The notes: a model not told the origin generated them from the letters alone. Positions 1-16,400 are shown, numbered from the stretch's first letter. The stretch: DNA of 64,000 nucleotides from the human T2T-CHM13v2.0 reference genome, Homo sapiens (GCF_009914755.1 NC_060930.1); one strand, 5' to 3'. Numbers and translations: made by a program.

Positions 1-2804
1 TGTGCCACCACAGAAAGTCAGGTTTTAAAAGAGCAGTGTACAACTAGGAAATCCTCACAATAGAGTTTTTAAAGCACATTACATAACAATATGTGCAATA
101 TGATTCCAGTTCTGTAAAAATGAACAAGCAGGCAAACTCTCCAATGTATATATGCAGGAAAAAAAAAAAAAAAAAGACTGGGATGTAAACTTCCAAATCC
201 TCACACTGGTTTCTTCCAGAAAGATGGATGTTTTTATTTTCTTCTCTATGATTTCCTATATGTTCCAACTTATTTCTGTTAACAGGTTGCTTTTATGACC
301 ATAAAACAGTAAACGGACCAGATTTTTAAATCTGGATTTTCAAAGCCTGAGAAGACTACAAAGAATCAGTGAGGTAACGCCCAGGAAGACACCCCTCTAG
401 GGTGAAGGTCCAGGTGCTCAGGCCTCTGATACTTTCCCCATATACTCCAAAGAGACAAGCCAGGTCACCCCCAAACTCCAACTCTCCCCCCACAACACAC
501 TAACAACAGCACATCCCTCCATACCATCCCCGTGCCTCCTCCGTCAGCAGGCTATCCTGTCTACACCCTCCCCTGATCAACGCCCACCTTGGTGGGGGAC
601 AAGGCTTGGAAGGCACAGCAGAGAAGCCAGGCACAGCCAGTAATTCATGAGCACCCTCCATGTGCTGTGCAGTAAGCCAGGGCTTCACATACGGGACTGC
701 AGATGTACACATTCATTCTAATACCTAGTCATTGCTTCCAACACTTTCCAGAGAGGAGACTGAAGTTCAGAAATAATATCCAGGCTCACTCAGCCAGCGA
801 GTGTCCAGGATTGGGAATAAAAACCAAGTCTAACCAGAAATGGTCTATAGATGCTTAAGAGGCTTGCCCAACAACTGCACTTGGCCATTAGGAAATGCAA
901 AACAATAATAATATAGCAATACTAATGCAAAAAAATTTCAATTCAACTTTTCATTTATACTCAGGCTGAAAGTGAAATGTACCACCAGTCCTGATTTGAG
1001 AATATTAAAAAAAAACAGATATTTAATCATTTTAAAGGAAAGAAAAGGAAAGGAGGGGGAAACCTCAGCTCTGCGCTCAACCCTCATTCAGTGAAGTAAA
1101 AATAAAAACCCAACCTCCCCCCAACACATTGTGCTTTAATGAAAGCACCAAGCCAATCTTCTTCACTACCGCCCACCACAGCCCACTTCGTTTAAATTTA
1201 GGCACCCACCAGGCAAACTGTACCCAGCCACATTCTCTGAAATGAAGTCATAAAATTCTCATCTGTAACACCGGCACTTGTTCCCAGGAAAACAAGACAG
1301 GTGGGGTAGACAGGGCCGGCACCCTTCTGGGGAGTCCAGGCTGTGCCTCAGAAGAGCCCTTTGCAAAGAGTTGGTTCCGTGACCAGGCTCAGCCCACATG
1401 GGGCTGTGTGACCTTGTGACAGCCAACTTCCCCTCTACAAAGTCAGGGTGGACTAACTAACAGGAGCGCTAAGGCCCATCTAAATGTACAGCTCTATGGC
1501 TAAAGCCCAGATGCCCCACCCACCTCCCAACACCCAGAAAATGAACAGCAACCCAAGATGGGGGTAGAGCAGGGCTAAATTCATTGGTGTGACCTGGGGC
1601 TGCTGTCATTCTTAAGATCTGGCTCTTGCAGTATTCAGTTCTCAGGAAATGTCTGACAACAGGAGGGGGACAGAGGATTGAGCCCGCAGGAAGGCTTTGG
1701 CAATGAAGGCTCTGTGGCCACCCTTTGGTCCCATTCAGGCAAGATCGGAGAGATTTTGCCCACTCGGACTCAACAAACTCTGAGTCCCTGATGCCATACC
1801 TGGCTTTGTAAGTGTGACTGGGTCAGAGAAGAGACCGAAGAGAGAAGCTACTAGCTAATGAAAACTCTCCTCAGTTTTCTGGATGAAACTGAGGCTTGAG
1901 GGGCCTACAAGCTAGCTGGATTTTTCTTCCAACAACCTAGTCCATGGATTTTTTTCCAAGGTTCTCTTCCAGTGTTTCATGAGCGTATCTAAGCCCTTAC
2001 AGTAGGTCCATGATCACCCCTCAAGCAAAGGAATGAGACACTCTAGAAAAGGGGAATACAATTACCATTCACAACTCAAGGAGAAGCACGGCCTTAACAA
2101 ATGCGTAGCTCACATCTCTGTACTACAGATGCCATCAAACTACCTCACGCTCACTGAGACCTGTGGATTGACCACACTGTTCAACCAACATGTGATTCCA
2201 ATTCCTGCAATCAGTGGATAAGCAACTGCCATCTGATCAATGGTCATGCACACGTGTATGTGTGCACACACACACAATTCTGGTCTTCCCCAGGCCCTGC
2301 TCCCCTTCACACCTGGAATGTCCCAAGCAGGTCTGTTCCCAGTTCGTCATCTTCTGAGCCACCCTCTAAGGACTCCATCAGAATCCAGTAGAAAATCAGA
2401 AAGGGTCAGAAAAAGGAGATGTAGAGGAAACTGGAAGGAAACTGATGGCCTCTGCGCGCTGAAGCTCTCATATGTGTGACTTTACTATCCAGCTTCAGGA
2501 GCTGAGAAATAAACCTCCCAGACCTCTCCCCTTGCTCCGACCGACTGAAACAAGAACCCCAAATCTGGGCCCCCACCCCTCCTCCCACCATGGCCAACTC
2601 AAAGCCCAGAATGCCCCACCCTCCAAAGGTAGTACTTTGAAGGCAAATAAAAGTGAGATATGCATATTACACTAATTTACACAGTGCTAAATTTACCCAG
2701 CCCATCTTCCCAAGAGGGGGAAATGATAGAGAATAATAAATATTTTTTATTGTAAAAGTAAATATAGTACTTTTACAGTAAAATACTTTTATTGTAACAG
2801 TATG

Positions 2805-2965
2805 GCTGATGCAGGTAGTAGTGAAGAGCATGAACTCTGAAATCAGGATCTGGATTCTAATACAGACCCTCTCACTTAATAGCTGTGTGACCTCAGGCAA
2901 GCTACTCAACCTCTTCGAGATTTCTTGTCTGTACAGGGTGTATTATAAGAGAGAACATATATAAC
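2805..2965 (+). mobile_element. MIR SINE fragment
   Basis: MIR core-like: tctggattctaatacag...cacttaatagctgtgtgacctcaggcaagctactcaacctct. Confidence 0.7.
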
Positions 2966-4344
2966 TTGGGATTTATTCATTTGTTTCCACAATGAAACCC
3001 ACAAACTGTTTTCCTCAGCTGCCTGGGATGGTGGGAGGAGAATTACAAGTACCCCAAGAACTAGAAGGACCCAGACTTCAGAAGCAGAGTAAGAACGACA
3101 AGACAGGCACATCAGTCCCCTACCCTATCTAGGCCCCTGTACACACCCATACACACACCCTGAAGGAGGCGCTGCGGCCCTCACCCACAAACCCCCTTGG
3201 GCCACCCTTGCAGACAAGGAACACTGCAGAAATGATCTAGGCATCTGGTTTTCAAACTTTTTTTAGCAGCAGAATCACAGACCCCAATATAGAGAACAGA
3301 GATAAAAGGCAAGATGCTCTCAGAGCAGTGGATTCTAAGATTAACTGATCTGCAGCCCTGGAAGAAACTTACAAACTAAAATTACACTGTAACAGAGAAG
3401 GGGGAGAAAGAAAGGAGAGGAAGGAGACAGAGGGCATCATCGGAGTATGGAGACAAGAAATTTGATGTGTAACTGGGTTGGGACCTCATGAGGATTACAT
3501 CTCATTTGTGAGACAAAAACCAACAGCCTCAGGCACTTTCCCCAGAAAGTATTCTCTATACAAACTCCTGGTTAGAGGGGTCAAATGACAGGACACAGGC
3601 ACCGTCGGGATGTACTGTAGAATGACAATATTATATCACTGATTAATATTGATTAAGATATTATTCAATATTGAATTACTGATTAAGATTCAAACACTCA
3701 CCCTACTCCCTGAATGGCTTTCACCTGCCTGACAAAATCCCCTATGTCCCAAGACATCTTCTGGGAAAACAGATACAAAATGCCCAATGCCTTTGCCCCA
3801 GGAAATGCCACCTCCTATTCAGCCACCACTCCTCACCTCACTCATCCTCGTTGTTTGTCTTTTCAGGTTTCATGGACAGCATTTATTTTCCAATAAAAAC
3901 CCCACTCTATTAAACAGAAGGACACCCAGCCAATTGTGCCAGCTCAGAAGCTTGTCTCCATCAGAAGTGCATTAATAACCCACTCAAGCGAAGTGTATGA
4001 CTTGCTAGTTTGGGCAGGTCATAGGTCAGAAGATATCTGCTCTTAGAGAAATAATATATACAGCAATCGTCTGATAAACCAGCCAAAGACCAACATTACA
4101 GAGCAGTGGCACTGTGGAGGGGTCCTCCAGAAAGCATGGCCAAAATAGAATATTCCTTCCACTCATCGCAGAAAGTCTGAGTGATGTGAGTTAAGACAGC
4201 AAAATATTTTCACAAGCATTCCCACCGGTCAGAAGCCAACTCCACTTTGCAACCTGAATCCTATATTATTATTTGGGAATGACTGTTTAGCATCAGTGAT
4301 TCCCAAGAAGAAGGTGATAAGTCAGTAGGATGGGAAGGGCAGGG

Positions 4345-4460
4345 GCCCTGAAGTCAGAGTCCTGAGTTCAAATCCCAGCTCCAGCACTTGCTAGCTGTGT
4401 GCCCCTGATTAGATGATGTATGCGGACTGGATGAACATACACAAAATATTCAATAAATAC
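4345..4460 (+). mobile_element. MIR SINE fragment
   Basis: gaagtcagagtcctgagttcaaatcccagctccagcacttgctagctgtgtg. Confidence 0.7.
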
Positions 4461-7400
4461 CAGCCCTCTCCTAATGCCTTCCTTCTATCTCCAACCCTAC
4501 CCCCAAAGTGAAGCAGGTCTGAACATTTTGCAAAACCATTATAGGGCATGTACCATTTAAACCCAGGACAGAATCACCTCTGAGTTTGTGCAGTATGGTA
4601 ATAAGGAATCCAGAGTGTGGCCATCACATGCCCTTGGTCCTTATTTTCCTAAGCACCTTTCCATAATTTGCCCAGTGCCAAAATTCTATTCATCCTTCAA
4701 AACTCAGATCCAATGCCATCTTTGCATCTCTCAACAAAAATTAACCCCCCGCTTCCACTACTCCATTCTGCCTGTGTGCTTACTTTGTTCTCCTTGGTAT
4801 TACAGTTATGTTATGGTTCTGCCCCTCCAACTCCAAAGAAAAGACTCTCCAGAAGTGAGATCTTGTCTCTCTCATTCCCCAAACCTTCTGGGCCTGGCAC
4901 ATTGCCTTGTGCATGGCAGATCAAGAAAGATTTTGGATGAACGGGTGAATAAATGGATAGACGGATGGATGGGTGGTTGGATGGACGAATGTATGGGGAA
5001 GGAATCCATTCAAGATTGTCCTGACACCATGTAAAATGCATGATCAAAGCAATTCTGTAGTGAGAGCTCATCTTAAGTAAGCCAGTGAAACTACAAGGAG
5101 ATCATGCACTGCTAGGGAGACCATCCCACAGGTAACACCAATGCTCTGGGGAGCAGCAGAAATACTGGCCTGGAACCTACATTGTGTAGGCCTGATTCAA
5201 GCTCTGATCCAGTGTGTACCTCAATCAATTCCCATCCCCTCTATGGGCCTCAGTTTCTCCATCTCACCACCTGCCGCCTGGAAAACACAGGGAGAGATTT
5301 AACCAGATGGAAGGAAGTCAGGCAGCATGGAGAGAAAATGCTACATAGTCCCCAGGGTCCATTTTATTTTCTAAATGGTTTTGTTGTTTGGTGACTTTTA
5401 AAAAGAAAACTCCAATGGAAGAGAAATGAAACAGAATGTACAGAATTTTTTTTAAATAAAACAAAAATCAGAAGGAAGTAGGTCCCTCTCATAGGTTTCT
5501 CATTAAACCAATACTGTAGTCAAATTATAGTAATGAGCTGGAGTTATCATTCCCTTTACAGACAAAAACATACTAAACCTAAAATGATCAAAGAGAAAGT
5601 ATAGACCCCACCACACTAAATTCCACCCCAGAGCTCCCCTGACAGTGAAATCGTTCCAGACTACCAAGCGAGGGACCTGGGTGTCTTCAGGTATCTGCTT
5701 GCATGAAAGGAAGAGGTCCTCCTGAATGGAAGCCAACACCCAAATGCCAGCACACAACCAGGAAAGAACCCAGACCTTGGAGCGGCTGCAGCGCTGGGGT
5801 CCCTGGCCAATGCAGTCCCGGTGTAGCTTTGTATCTAAAACACTGGAGCAAGCAAGTTCTTCCAGTTTTAAGACTTTGGAAAAGTCACATGCATTGCTGT
5901 AGTCTGTTCCAGGCCTAATGCTGATTTGAAGTAACCAGAACTTGACCATGGGGAAGGAGAGGGAGTAGGGAGGAGAGAACACCTCCAGTGGGTCATTGAG
6001 ACTAGAACTGTGGCATTCTGAACATGTCTGGTAGTAACTGAATGCTCTGGGAACAGAGGCCAGCTTCTCTACCCTAGTTTCTCATTCCCATCCATCCCCC
6101 ATGGTCAGATCCTCTATGGTGTGGTAGTGAATGGAGAAAGTCACTTTTGTTGCCCACCATTAATCCACACTCTTTCTGTTCTCCAAGAGGGTCCCACAGG
6201 ACCTCAAATAGATGGAATTCTTGTATTAGAGCCATCTGATATTCCAGGAGTCACTGTGAGACTGTGGAAAGAACATACTCTTTGGAATCAGAATTGTGTT
6301 AGAATCCTGATTGTCACTCAATGGAACCCACCCCAGAGGAAAACCTGCTTTCACTGGATCCAGTCGTCTCCAAAGAGGAGTCACAGGACCTGCATCTTTT
6401 GTGTGGAGAAAAATACTCCTGGTCCCAGTCACAGACCATAAACCTAACCTCAGCCAGCTACACCCTAAATGCAGCACCACTATTACACAATGGAGAACCA
6501 AGCACAGGGGTCTCGTACGGCTCCATGTGATACAACCCAAATGACAGCTGATGACAGCTGCGCAGCCCAGCATGCAAACACATGCCAAGAAGGAGGAGTA
6601 AGGCAGCTAGATAATAACAAATATAACTATCCTGTGAGGTGGGGCGGGGGCAGCAGTTTCACCCCATCTCATTGTGAGGGGCTTTCCTTTGGCACAAGCA
6701 TTCACGATTGCTTGACACTGGCTTGCTTATTGGGGGTACACCTGGGGATGCAGTTGCAAACAAAACACAACCTTTCCCCAACCCCAATCACCCACCACCA
6801 CCAGGGCCCATGCCCTTAGAAGGGCAGTAAACATTGGCTGGAGGAACAGCAGCATCCTTGTGAGACTGTGGGTTCCAGAAGCAAGGGGGCTCCACTCTAG
6901 GACAATCACCTCCCCACAAAGCTGGGGATGGGAGAAGACGAGGACTCACGGAGAAGACACCAGCAATAAAAAAGGAGGCAGGTGTAATGGGTGTCCAGCC
7001 ATGGCAACCATTATCCTGAATGTCCCCAAAGTCCCAATGTCAAATAGTCTGTCACCACCACCCCCATAAACACTGGCTGTGTCCCAGACAGCACCACATT
7101 TCAGAATCTCAAATAGATGTTCTTGACAGGTCTTGCTCCCAAGGAAGACACAAGATTGTCTAGGAGACCCGAGTCCCAACTGGGGCCTTGGAAAGGACAG
7201 AATTCACCACCTCTTCTGCTTCACTGGCCAGAGAAAGGTGGAGGGGTGTGAACTAAACTGCAGGGGCCCCTGGCCATCCTCCCAATGCACCAGAAAAGCA
7301 CGGCCCTGTCAAAGCATCCGGGGCCAATCATTTGAGAAGCCTTTGAAGAGGAGGGCACAGGCCACAGAGGGTGGGAAGGGCAGGTATTCTATGGGGGCCA

Positions 7401-7634
7401 GCAGCAAATACCTCAGTGGAGAGGCAGCAACCAGCCAAATGAGTACAGAGGCCAATCTGAGATACTGAATTAATTACCATAAAAAACCAGGCCGTCAACT
7501 ACCAGTTACCCAGAAGGACTATCTCAACACCCTTCTTTTCACCAAAGGCTCCCTTCACCATCCGTGCTCTCAAAAGAAAAGATTCACAACACTTCTCATC
7601 ATTACAATTAACACCTTTTCAGCCCTACTATGCT

Positions 7635-7770
7635 GTAGGCCTACACCAGGTACTTTAAATATCTCATCAAATGCTTAAAACCACCCAATTCAGGAAAATT
7701 GTTATTATCCCCATTTTACGGATGAGGTAACTGAGGCCGAGAGGCTACATAACTTAACCAGAGCTCCAAG
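7635..7770 (-). mobile_element. MIR SINE fragment
   Basis: ttattatccccattttacggatgaggtaactgaggc (reverse MIR core). Confidence 0.7.
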
Positions 7771-7807
7771 GCACAGATAAGCATACAGACATGCACAAAA
7801 AGATTTT

Positions 7808-8006
7808 ATCCGCCCCACCAGATTTCAAACTCCATGAGACCCCCAGGCCCTGCCTCAGAGCCTGCTTGCAGAGAACCTAGCTCCCAGTTTGGTGCCAGCA
7901 TGGATGGGGCACTCCGTGGGTATCTCTCCAGCCACTTACCACTCTCCACACCCTGCCCAACCCCGCCCCACCTGCAAGAGGGAACATGCTGTGCCTGGGA
8001 GTCTTG
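7808..8006 (+). repeat. Local direct duplication, copy 1 (~199 bp)
   Basis: Aligns to 10142-10335; the last 41 bp are identical. Confidence 0.9.
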
Positions 8007-9464
8007 TCTTTTCAGTTCTTCACAACTGAGTTCATCCCCAAAGATTGAAATGCCTCAAGCCCTGTGTACCACTGGAGACCAAATGGAACTTCACGGATTC
8101 ATTTCTTGAAAAGAAAACCACCACCTGCAGGCAGACAGGAGCCAACTACATTTCTACTTAAGGAAAAAGGTCTTGGGCTTTGAAGCATTCCTCTCAGCAG
8201 CCGATAACGAAGAAATAAGAGTGGGTCCTTTTATTAAAAATTAATATTTTACATAAAAACAAAACAGATGCAACATAAACCTCTAGTCTAGAAGCAAGTA
8301 AACACCAATTTGCACAGACTTGTTTAGTTGGCTCCAAAATGTGCCTTCCACTGTTTGGAGACCAAAATTAACTTCCAGTAGTAAATTTAGGAATGAAGAA
8401 GTTAAGATGGCTATGGACCCTCACCCAAGACCTTGGTACTACTTGGGACCATAAAAAGGATTTTCTATGTCTTTTTAGACCCCTGAGGCTGGGTTGCCTG
8501 TATTGCAGAGGGCCCTGTCAGTCCCAACTGGCATGCATCTGCCGGGCATCTGAAAGCTTTACAGTAAATGGTGACTCATCTATTGCAGCCACCATAGGTA
8601 CCGCTAATGTAATAAGCTGAAGTTTGTTCCATCCACATGAAAGAGAAACACCGGGTGCAGGGCTGTGAGCCTGACTAAAACTGAGACCCCTGTTCACCGC
8701 TACTCGTCAGCATCTAGCTGCAACTCAAACTGTAATTACCCAGCTCTTAGGGACTGAAGGCAGGGGGAAGGGGGGTTTCTAAGGAAGGGTCACATCCATA
8801 AACACAGAACTCACTTCTTATAAGTCATTTCTTTTGTTATTGTTGTTGATTTGGTTATTACCAAATGTCTACCCTTCTGAATTCTTATAAAGTCATTTCT
8901 TATCAAGCTAAATCTCCCCATGTGGTCACTTATTCAACAAATATTAACGGAGCACCTACTACATCAGACACCATGCTAAGTGCCAGATACACAAAGGTGA
9001 GCAAAACAAGATCGAATGCTGCCCTCATGGAGATTCTAAGTCCGGACTAGCTGCTTTACATACCTTTTCTCATTTAATAGATCCATCTTACAGATGAGAA
9101 AACTGACGCTAGGAGAGGTCAGGGAAGTCACCCAGGGTCGCACATTAATTAAGTGGGGAGCCTGGACTCACACCCGCTTCTGTGGCACCCTGAAGGTGAG
9201 GCTCTCAGCCACCAAGTTGCTGACAAAGAGAGAGGAGCGAGGTCCAGTCCCTGTTCTGAGGAAGCTGGAGCCTAGTTAGGACAGGGACAATAAAGAAAGT
9301 ATTGGGGTGCAAAAAAGAAAGTACTGGGGTGCTCACAGAGAGGGAGCGGCTCACGAGACAGAGACAGCAAACCTCAGCTGGGGTAGATTCTGGACATCTT
9401 CCCCAAAAAAGGCCATGAAAGTGGGAGGGAAATAAGGCCCAAAAAAGCAGGTAAAAACGAGGCT

Positions 9465-9911
9465 GGTGCTAGGTTGTCTCCCAAAAATTCACGGCCACCT
9501 GGAATCTTAGAATGTGATTTTATTTGGAAATAGGGTCTTTGCAGACATAGTTAGTTAAGATGAGGTTATACTCATCTTAAGCTCACCTAATCCAATGACT
9601 GATGCCCTTATTTATAAAAAGAGAAAATAGCGACACACACATACACACACACTCACGGAGAATGCCACGTGACAATGGAGACAGGGATTGCAGTGATGTT
9701 GCTACAAGCCAAGAAACACCCAGGATCGCCAGCAGCCACCAGGAGCCAGGAGAGAGGCACGGAGCAGTTTCTCCCTCAGAACCCCTGGACGGAACCAACC
9801 TTGCCAATACCTTGATTTCAAATTTCCAGAACTGCAAGAGCAGACATTTCTGTTGCTTTGAGTCATCCGGTATGTAGTACTTTGTTTCAGCAGCCCTAGA
9901 AAGCTAAGACA
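9465..9911 (+). mobile_element. MLT1 (ERVL-MaLR) solo LTR, MLT1C-like
   Basis: Typical MLT1 motifs: gaatgtgattttatttggaaatagggtctttgcag, cctaatccaatgac, gcagccaccaggagccaggagagaggc, tttgtttcagcagccctagaaagctaagaca. Confidence 0.85.
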
Positions 9912-10141
9912 AGGCAAGGTCCAGGCAGGCTGTGCACATTGTGTTAAGGAGTTTGTACTCCACCCTGCAGGTGTGGGGCAGATTGTAAGCAGCAGAATGG
10001 GATACATTCCAGAGCGCATTTTGTAACCGGAGCTTATATCCTTCAAATCTATGGTCTCCAGTCCTAGAGCTGTTAGTGTCCTCCAGGGCTTCATTGTCCA
10101 CTGTCCATGCTTTCCCTGCCCACATTCTTCTTGCTGGGCTC

Positions 10142-10335
10142 ATCCGCACTGACAGACTTGAAATTCCATGAGACCCCCCCCAGGCCTTGCCACAGAGCCC
10201 GCTTGCAGAGAACCTAGCTCCCAACTTGGTGCCAGGCATGTATGGGGCACTCCGTGGGTGCCTCTCCGGCCACTCACCACTCTGCCTGACCCCACCCCAC
10301 CTGCAAGAGGGAACATGCTGTGCCTGGGAGTCTTG
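10142..10335 (+). repeat. Local direct duplication, copy 2 (~194 bp)
   Basis: Aligns to 7808-8006. Confidence 0.9.
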
Positions 10336-10339
10336 AGTA

Positions 10340-10900
10340 CTAGACTCAAGTACTAGAATCTGTTTGCAGATGGTGCCCGACTCCAGCCAGGACATTCTTC
10401 TGAGCAGATGCCTCTAACTGTAGTTCCCATGGGTTTCTCAAGCTCAACATGTCAAAAGGTAATCTCAGCTCAACATCTTTCACCTTATTTCTCTTGGGTT
10501 CCTCCTCATCTTTGTCAATGGTGCCACCAAGCATCCAGTAACATGCTAAAAGCTGGGGGTCACCGTAGACTCCCCTGCACACCTCCACATCCAGGGAACT
10601 ACAAAATTATCTCTCCATTCTAGTCCTACTTTTTCACTCCATAGCACAATTCTAATCATTTCCTCTCTGGATTCTTGCTGTGGCCACGTGATGCATTTTC
10701 ATTCCTCTAAGACTCCCCCTTTTCTCCCCTACCCCCACCCCAATCCAGCCGTCTTGAATGTGAAGCCAATGCTGACTCCAAGAAGCACGGCTTTCAGAAA
10801 AGCTACCTCCAGCCCACTGCACCCAGCCTGAGGGCCTCTGGTGATTCACAGGCCTTAACCCTGTCAGGAGCCCCACCCAACCTCATTTCCTTATCCTCTC
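10340..10900 (+). mobile_element. L2 LINE fragment (orientation judged from motif sense)
   Basis: ctcaagctcaacatgtcaaaa...ctcctcatctttgtcaatggtgccacc...ccagcccactgcaccc; degenerate L2 ORF2/3' sequence. Confidence 0.5.
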
Positions 10901-11754
10901 ACCCCGGCAGGATACTCTCCTCCTGCCTCTTGATCCTACCGTCTAACCGCTCTCTGTGCCGATTCCTGCTTCCTATCAGAGCTAAGCAAGTGCAGAATCC
11001 AAGGCCCTAAGGAGCTAATACCTCAGGGCTGCTGCTTTCTCTTACTAGGAAACTCTCACTTTGGGTTTTCTTTGTGTTCATCAAAAGAGAACAGTTCTCA
11101 TTTGCAGGACTAAGAGAATTCCTCTTGCCTAAGGGTGGGACAGGGAGATTGAAGGGTCACTAAAAGTTTTACATATTTAGTCAAAGCTAATATACCCACC
11201 CCCAGGCTACAGTCAGCAGATAGGTCAGTTTCTCAGGGGGCTGGATAGGGTTCAAAGTTGCAGACCAGTGTAACAGCAACCACCACTTACAGCTGTGCTC
11301 CAGAACTCTGGGTATTATTTAATCTTCACGGTAACCCTACCAAACTAGGTGCTGTTATCACTGCCACTTTATAGACAGAAAAGTGAGGCATTAAGGGTTA
11401 AGTACTCTGACTCAAAGTCTTACAATTGGGAAGGGAAAAGGCAGCAGTTAAGGACCATCCCAGCTGTGTTCCAGTGAGGTCACTTACAAGGAAGGGAGGG
11501 AATTTGGTTCACACAGCCTTAAGATGCGAGGCCCCAGCACACAAGGTTATACTGATGTGTGCTCAGGGATGGAGACAGAATTTGAATCTCCTCCTGTGGG
11601 ACTCTCTAGGCCTCCATTTCCTTATCTGAAAAACAAGAATGATTAGCCCCACCCAGAAGAGTTATTGGGAGGATTTAAATTAGATGATGTACGTTCAATT
11701 ACAAAGCAAAATGCCTGGCACACAGAAGGTGCTGCTTCAAACTGAAAATAGACG

Positions 11755-12161
<407 letters not shown>

Positions 12162-12289
12162 TTACTGACCCACCATGCAACAAAGCCCATGACACAGAAG
12201 CACCGTCATTTCCAAGGGGCAAGAATCCTTTGTGATCACAAAAATAACAAGAGCAGCAGCTAGTGTGTATGGAAGACCTGGAAAGTTCC

Positions 12290-12480
12290 AAGCACTTTCC
12301 AGATACAACTCAGTTAGTCCTCCTCATATCCCTAGGAGGTAAGTTAGTCATCCTCATTTTACAGAGGGAGAAACTGAGGCTCAGAAAAGTTGGCTGACTT
12401 GGTCACAGTTATGGAGGCTGGCAGCTGTAAAGCTGGGACCTGGCCCCAGGTGACTAACTCCAGGTCCCACATCCTATCAA
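12290..12480 (-). mobile_element. MIR SINE fragment
   Basis: cctcattttacagagggagaaactgaggctcagaaaagttgg...cttggtcacag. Confidence 0.7.
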
Positions 12481-14448
12481 CTGCTTCCCGAAAATCAGTC
12501 AGACCCCCTTCCTGGTTCCTGACCTTCCTCTTCCCTCTTCATCTCAGAATCTTCTTGCCCTTCACCCTCTTCTCTTCTGCCCCTCTCCTCACTCCACGGA
12601 AGAAGATGAACTCTGGCCAGTGCCGATGACTCCTCTTGTTGAAAGGGCATTGGTACAGAGGAAGGACCACAGGCAGAGCAGGCAGAGGCCTCTGTCCTGG
12701 ACCCAAGTCAGCCCAGAAAGGAGCTCACATCCCAGTCCCTGCACACCCCAGTTCCCTCAGCTCACAGGTTGCAATCGGGCTCCAATGAGTTAACAGACCT
12801 GGGTATGTCCAGTATATCCTAGACGACTGCTCAAATCTACCTAATGTCTTCTGGAACCTTCCTCAACAAATGCTGCCTCTCTCCGGCATCCCCCATACTG
12901 CATCTTAGCCAGTCACTAGCCCCTTGCCCTGAGTGGCCCCAATGTCCCTCGTCTTAAAAACAGCATCCCTGGCCTTGCTGCCTTCTCATGACACTTACCC
13001 CCCACCCCCCTCCTCCCCAGCCTTTGCAGGGATTTGTGTAACCACTCCCTCTGGATGTACAAGCTCCCCAAAGGCAGGGACAATAATCCACATTCCCTAT
13101 GGGATCCTGCATTGTGTCTGTTTTGGCATGCATCCAGGGGAAACCTTGACAAATAGTAACTGAAAAGCACAAAGAACATTTAAGCATTACATCTTAGGTC
13201 ATTCTCACAACAAACCAGGGAGACACAGAGGTTATTCCCATTTCAACATGAAGAAACAGGGGCTTGGGCTAAGAAGCTCAAGGTCATCTAGCTCCCAAGT
13301 AAAGGAACTCAACACTAGAATTCATTAGTTATGCCCCAAAGTGTCCTAAACACACCAGATAAGTGGCTGGCCTCCTTTCCTTCCTGCTTTTTCCACAAAC
13401 CAGGCTTACAAAAAGTTTCAACTGCATGGTAAATCTAAGTCTGCTCAACAAAATGCTCTCTTTAAGTCTCTGTCTTCTCCTCTTAGGCCACATCTCCAGA
13501 TCTGAAATGGAAAGGGCACATATTTATTTGCTGGGGGCTGCAGTCTCTTTTCACCGTTATTCGCAATGACTCTGTTGGCTGCCCTGTTTGGGGCTGTGTT
13601 TGTCTGTCTGCCCGTCTCTGTTGTCACGCTAGTCCTGGATCTGCCCCCAAACTACAGACATTCTGCAGAGATGGGACAAAACGAGGGAGAGTGGGCAAGG
13701 GGCTCCAGGATTCCATAAAACCGGCTCGACAAAGAGAATGCCTGCTCAGAAGTCAAGAACTCCTGTGATCTAATTTGTGGGTGTCACCATTACCTCCTCT
13801 CAGGGTGGAGACTGGGAGCTTGAGAAGAGAGATGTGACTTGTCCAAAACCACATGATAACGTAGTGACTCAAATCCAGCTCCATGTGGAAGACTTCCCAG
13901 TGCCGTCTCTCCACCGCAACGCATTTCCTCTTTTTACTACAGAATTTCCCCCCTCCTTTCTTCTTTTAAAAACCAACATTCCATGACATATTTACAATTT
14001 TACAGAGAAAAAAAAAACCTAATCAAAAGTACATCAAATAAGCCCTATACCTGTCCAGATTCTTATGGACGTGTGCGCACAGATATTTACCAGGTCATCA
14101 TCAGCACAGGTAAGCGATTCCATATTCTTGTCGCACTTAACTTTGCTCTGTCTATCTCGTATCAAGTGTTTGAGTTCTCCACTGTATTGTTTTCACAGCA
14201 TTTGCCTAACTATTCCCTAATTACCTGCATTTGGTAAAGAAAAAAGAAAGTGAAACACCTTTGTATCTCTCAGTTTATGATCCAGGCTTCATACAAAATG
14301 ATGTGTTCCTATGCCTGGGTTATTTCACCAATATAGTCTAAGTATTTGCCTTAAAGAACTTCATCAGTTCTGTGCTTAACTTTGATAACATGTCTTATCC
14401 ATTGGTTTATTACAACTGTTTCCCTCTTCCATTAACTTCGCTATATAA

Positions 14449-16400
<1,952 letters not shown>

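Noticed and set aside
7972-8001. p53 response element in the duplicated block (GAACATGCTG)
   Set aside because: Only one near-consensus half-site; the neighbouring decamers do not fit RRRCWWGYYY.
9291-9332. Short tandem duplications (19 bp here; 10 bp at ~19525; 12 bp at ~48808)
   Set aside because: Ordinary slippage duplications with no further structure.
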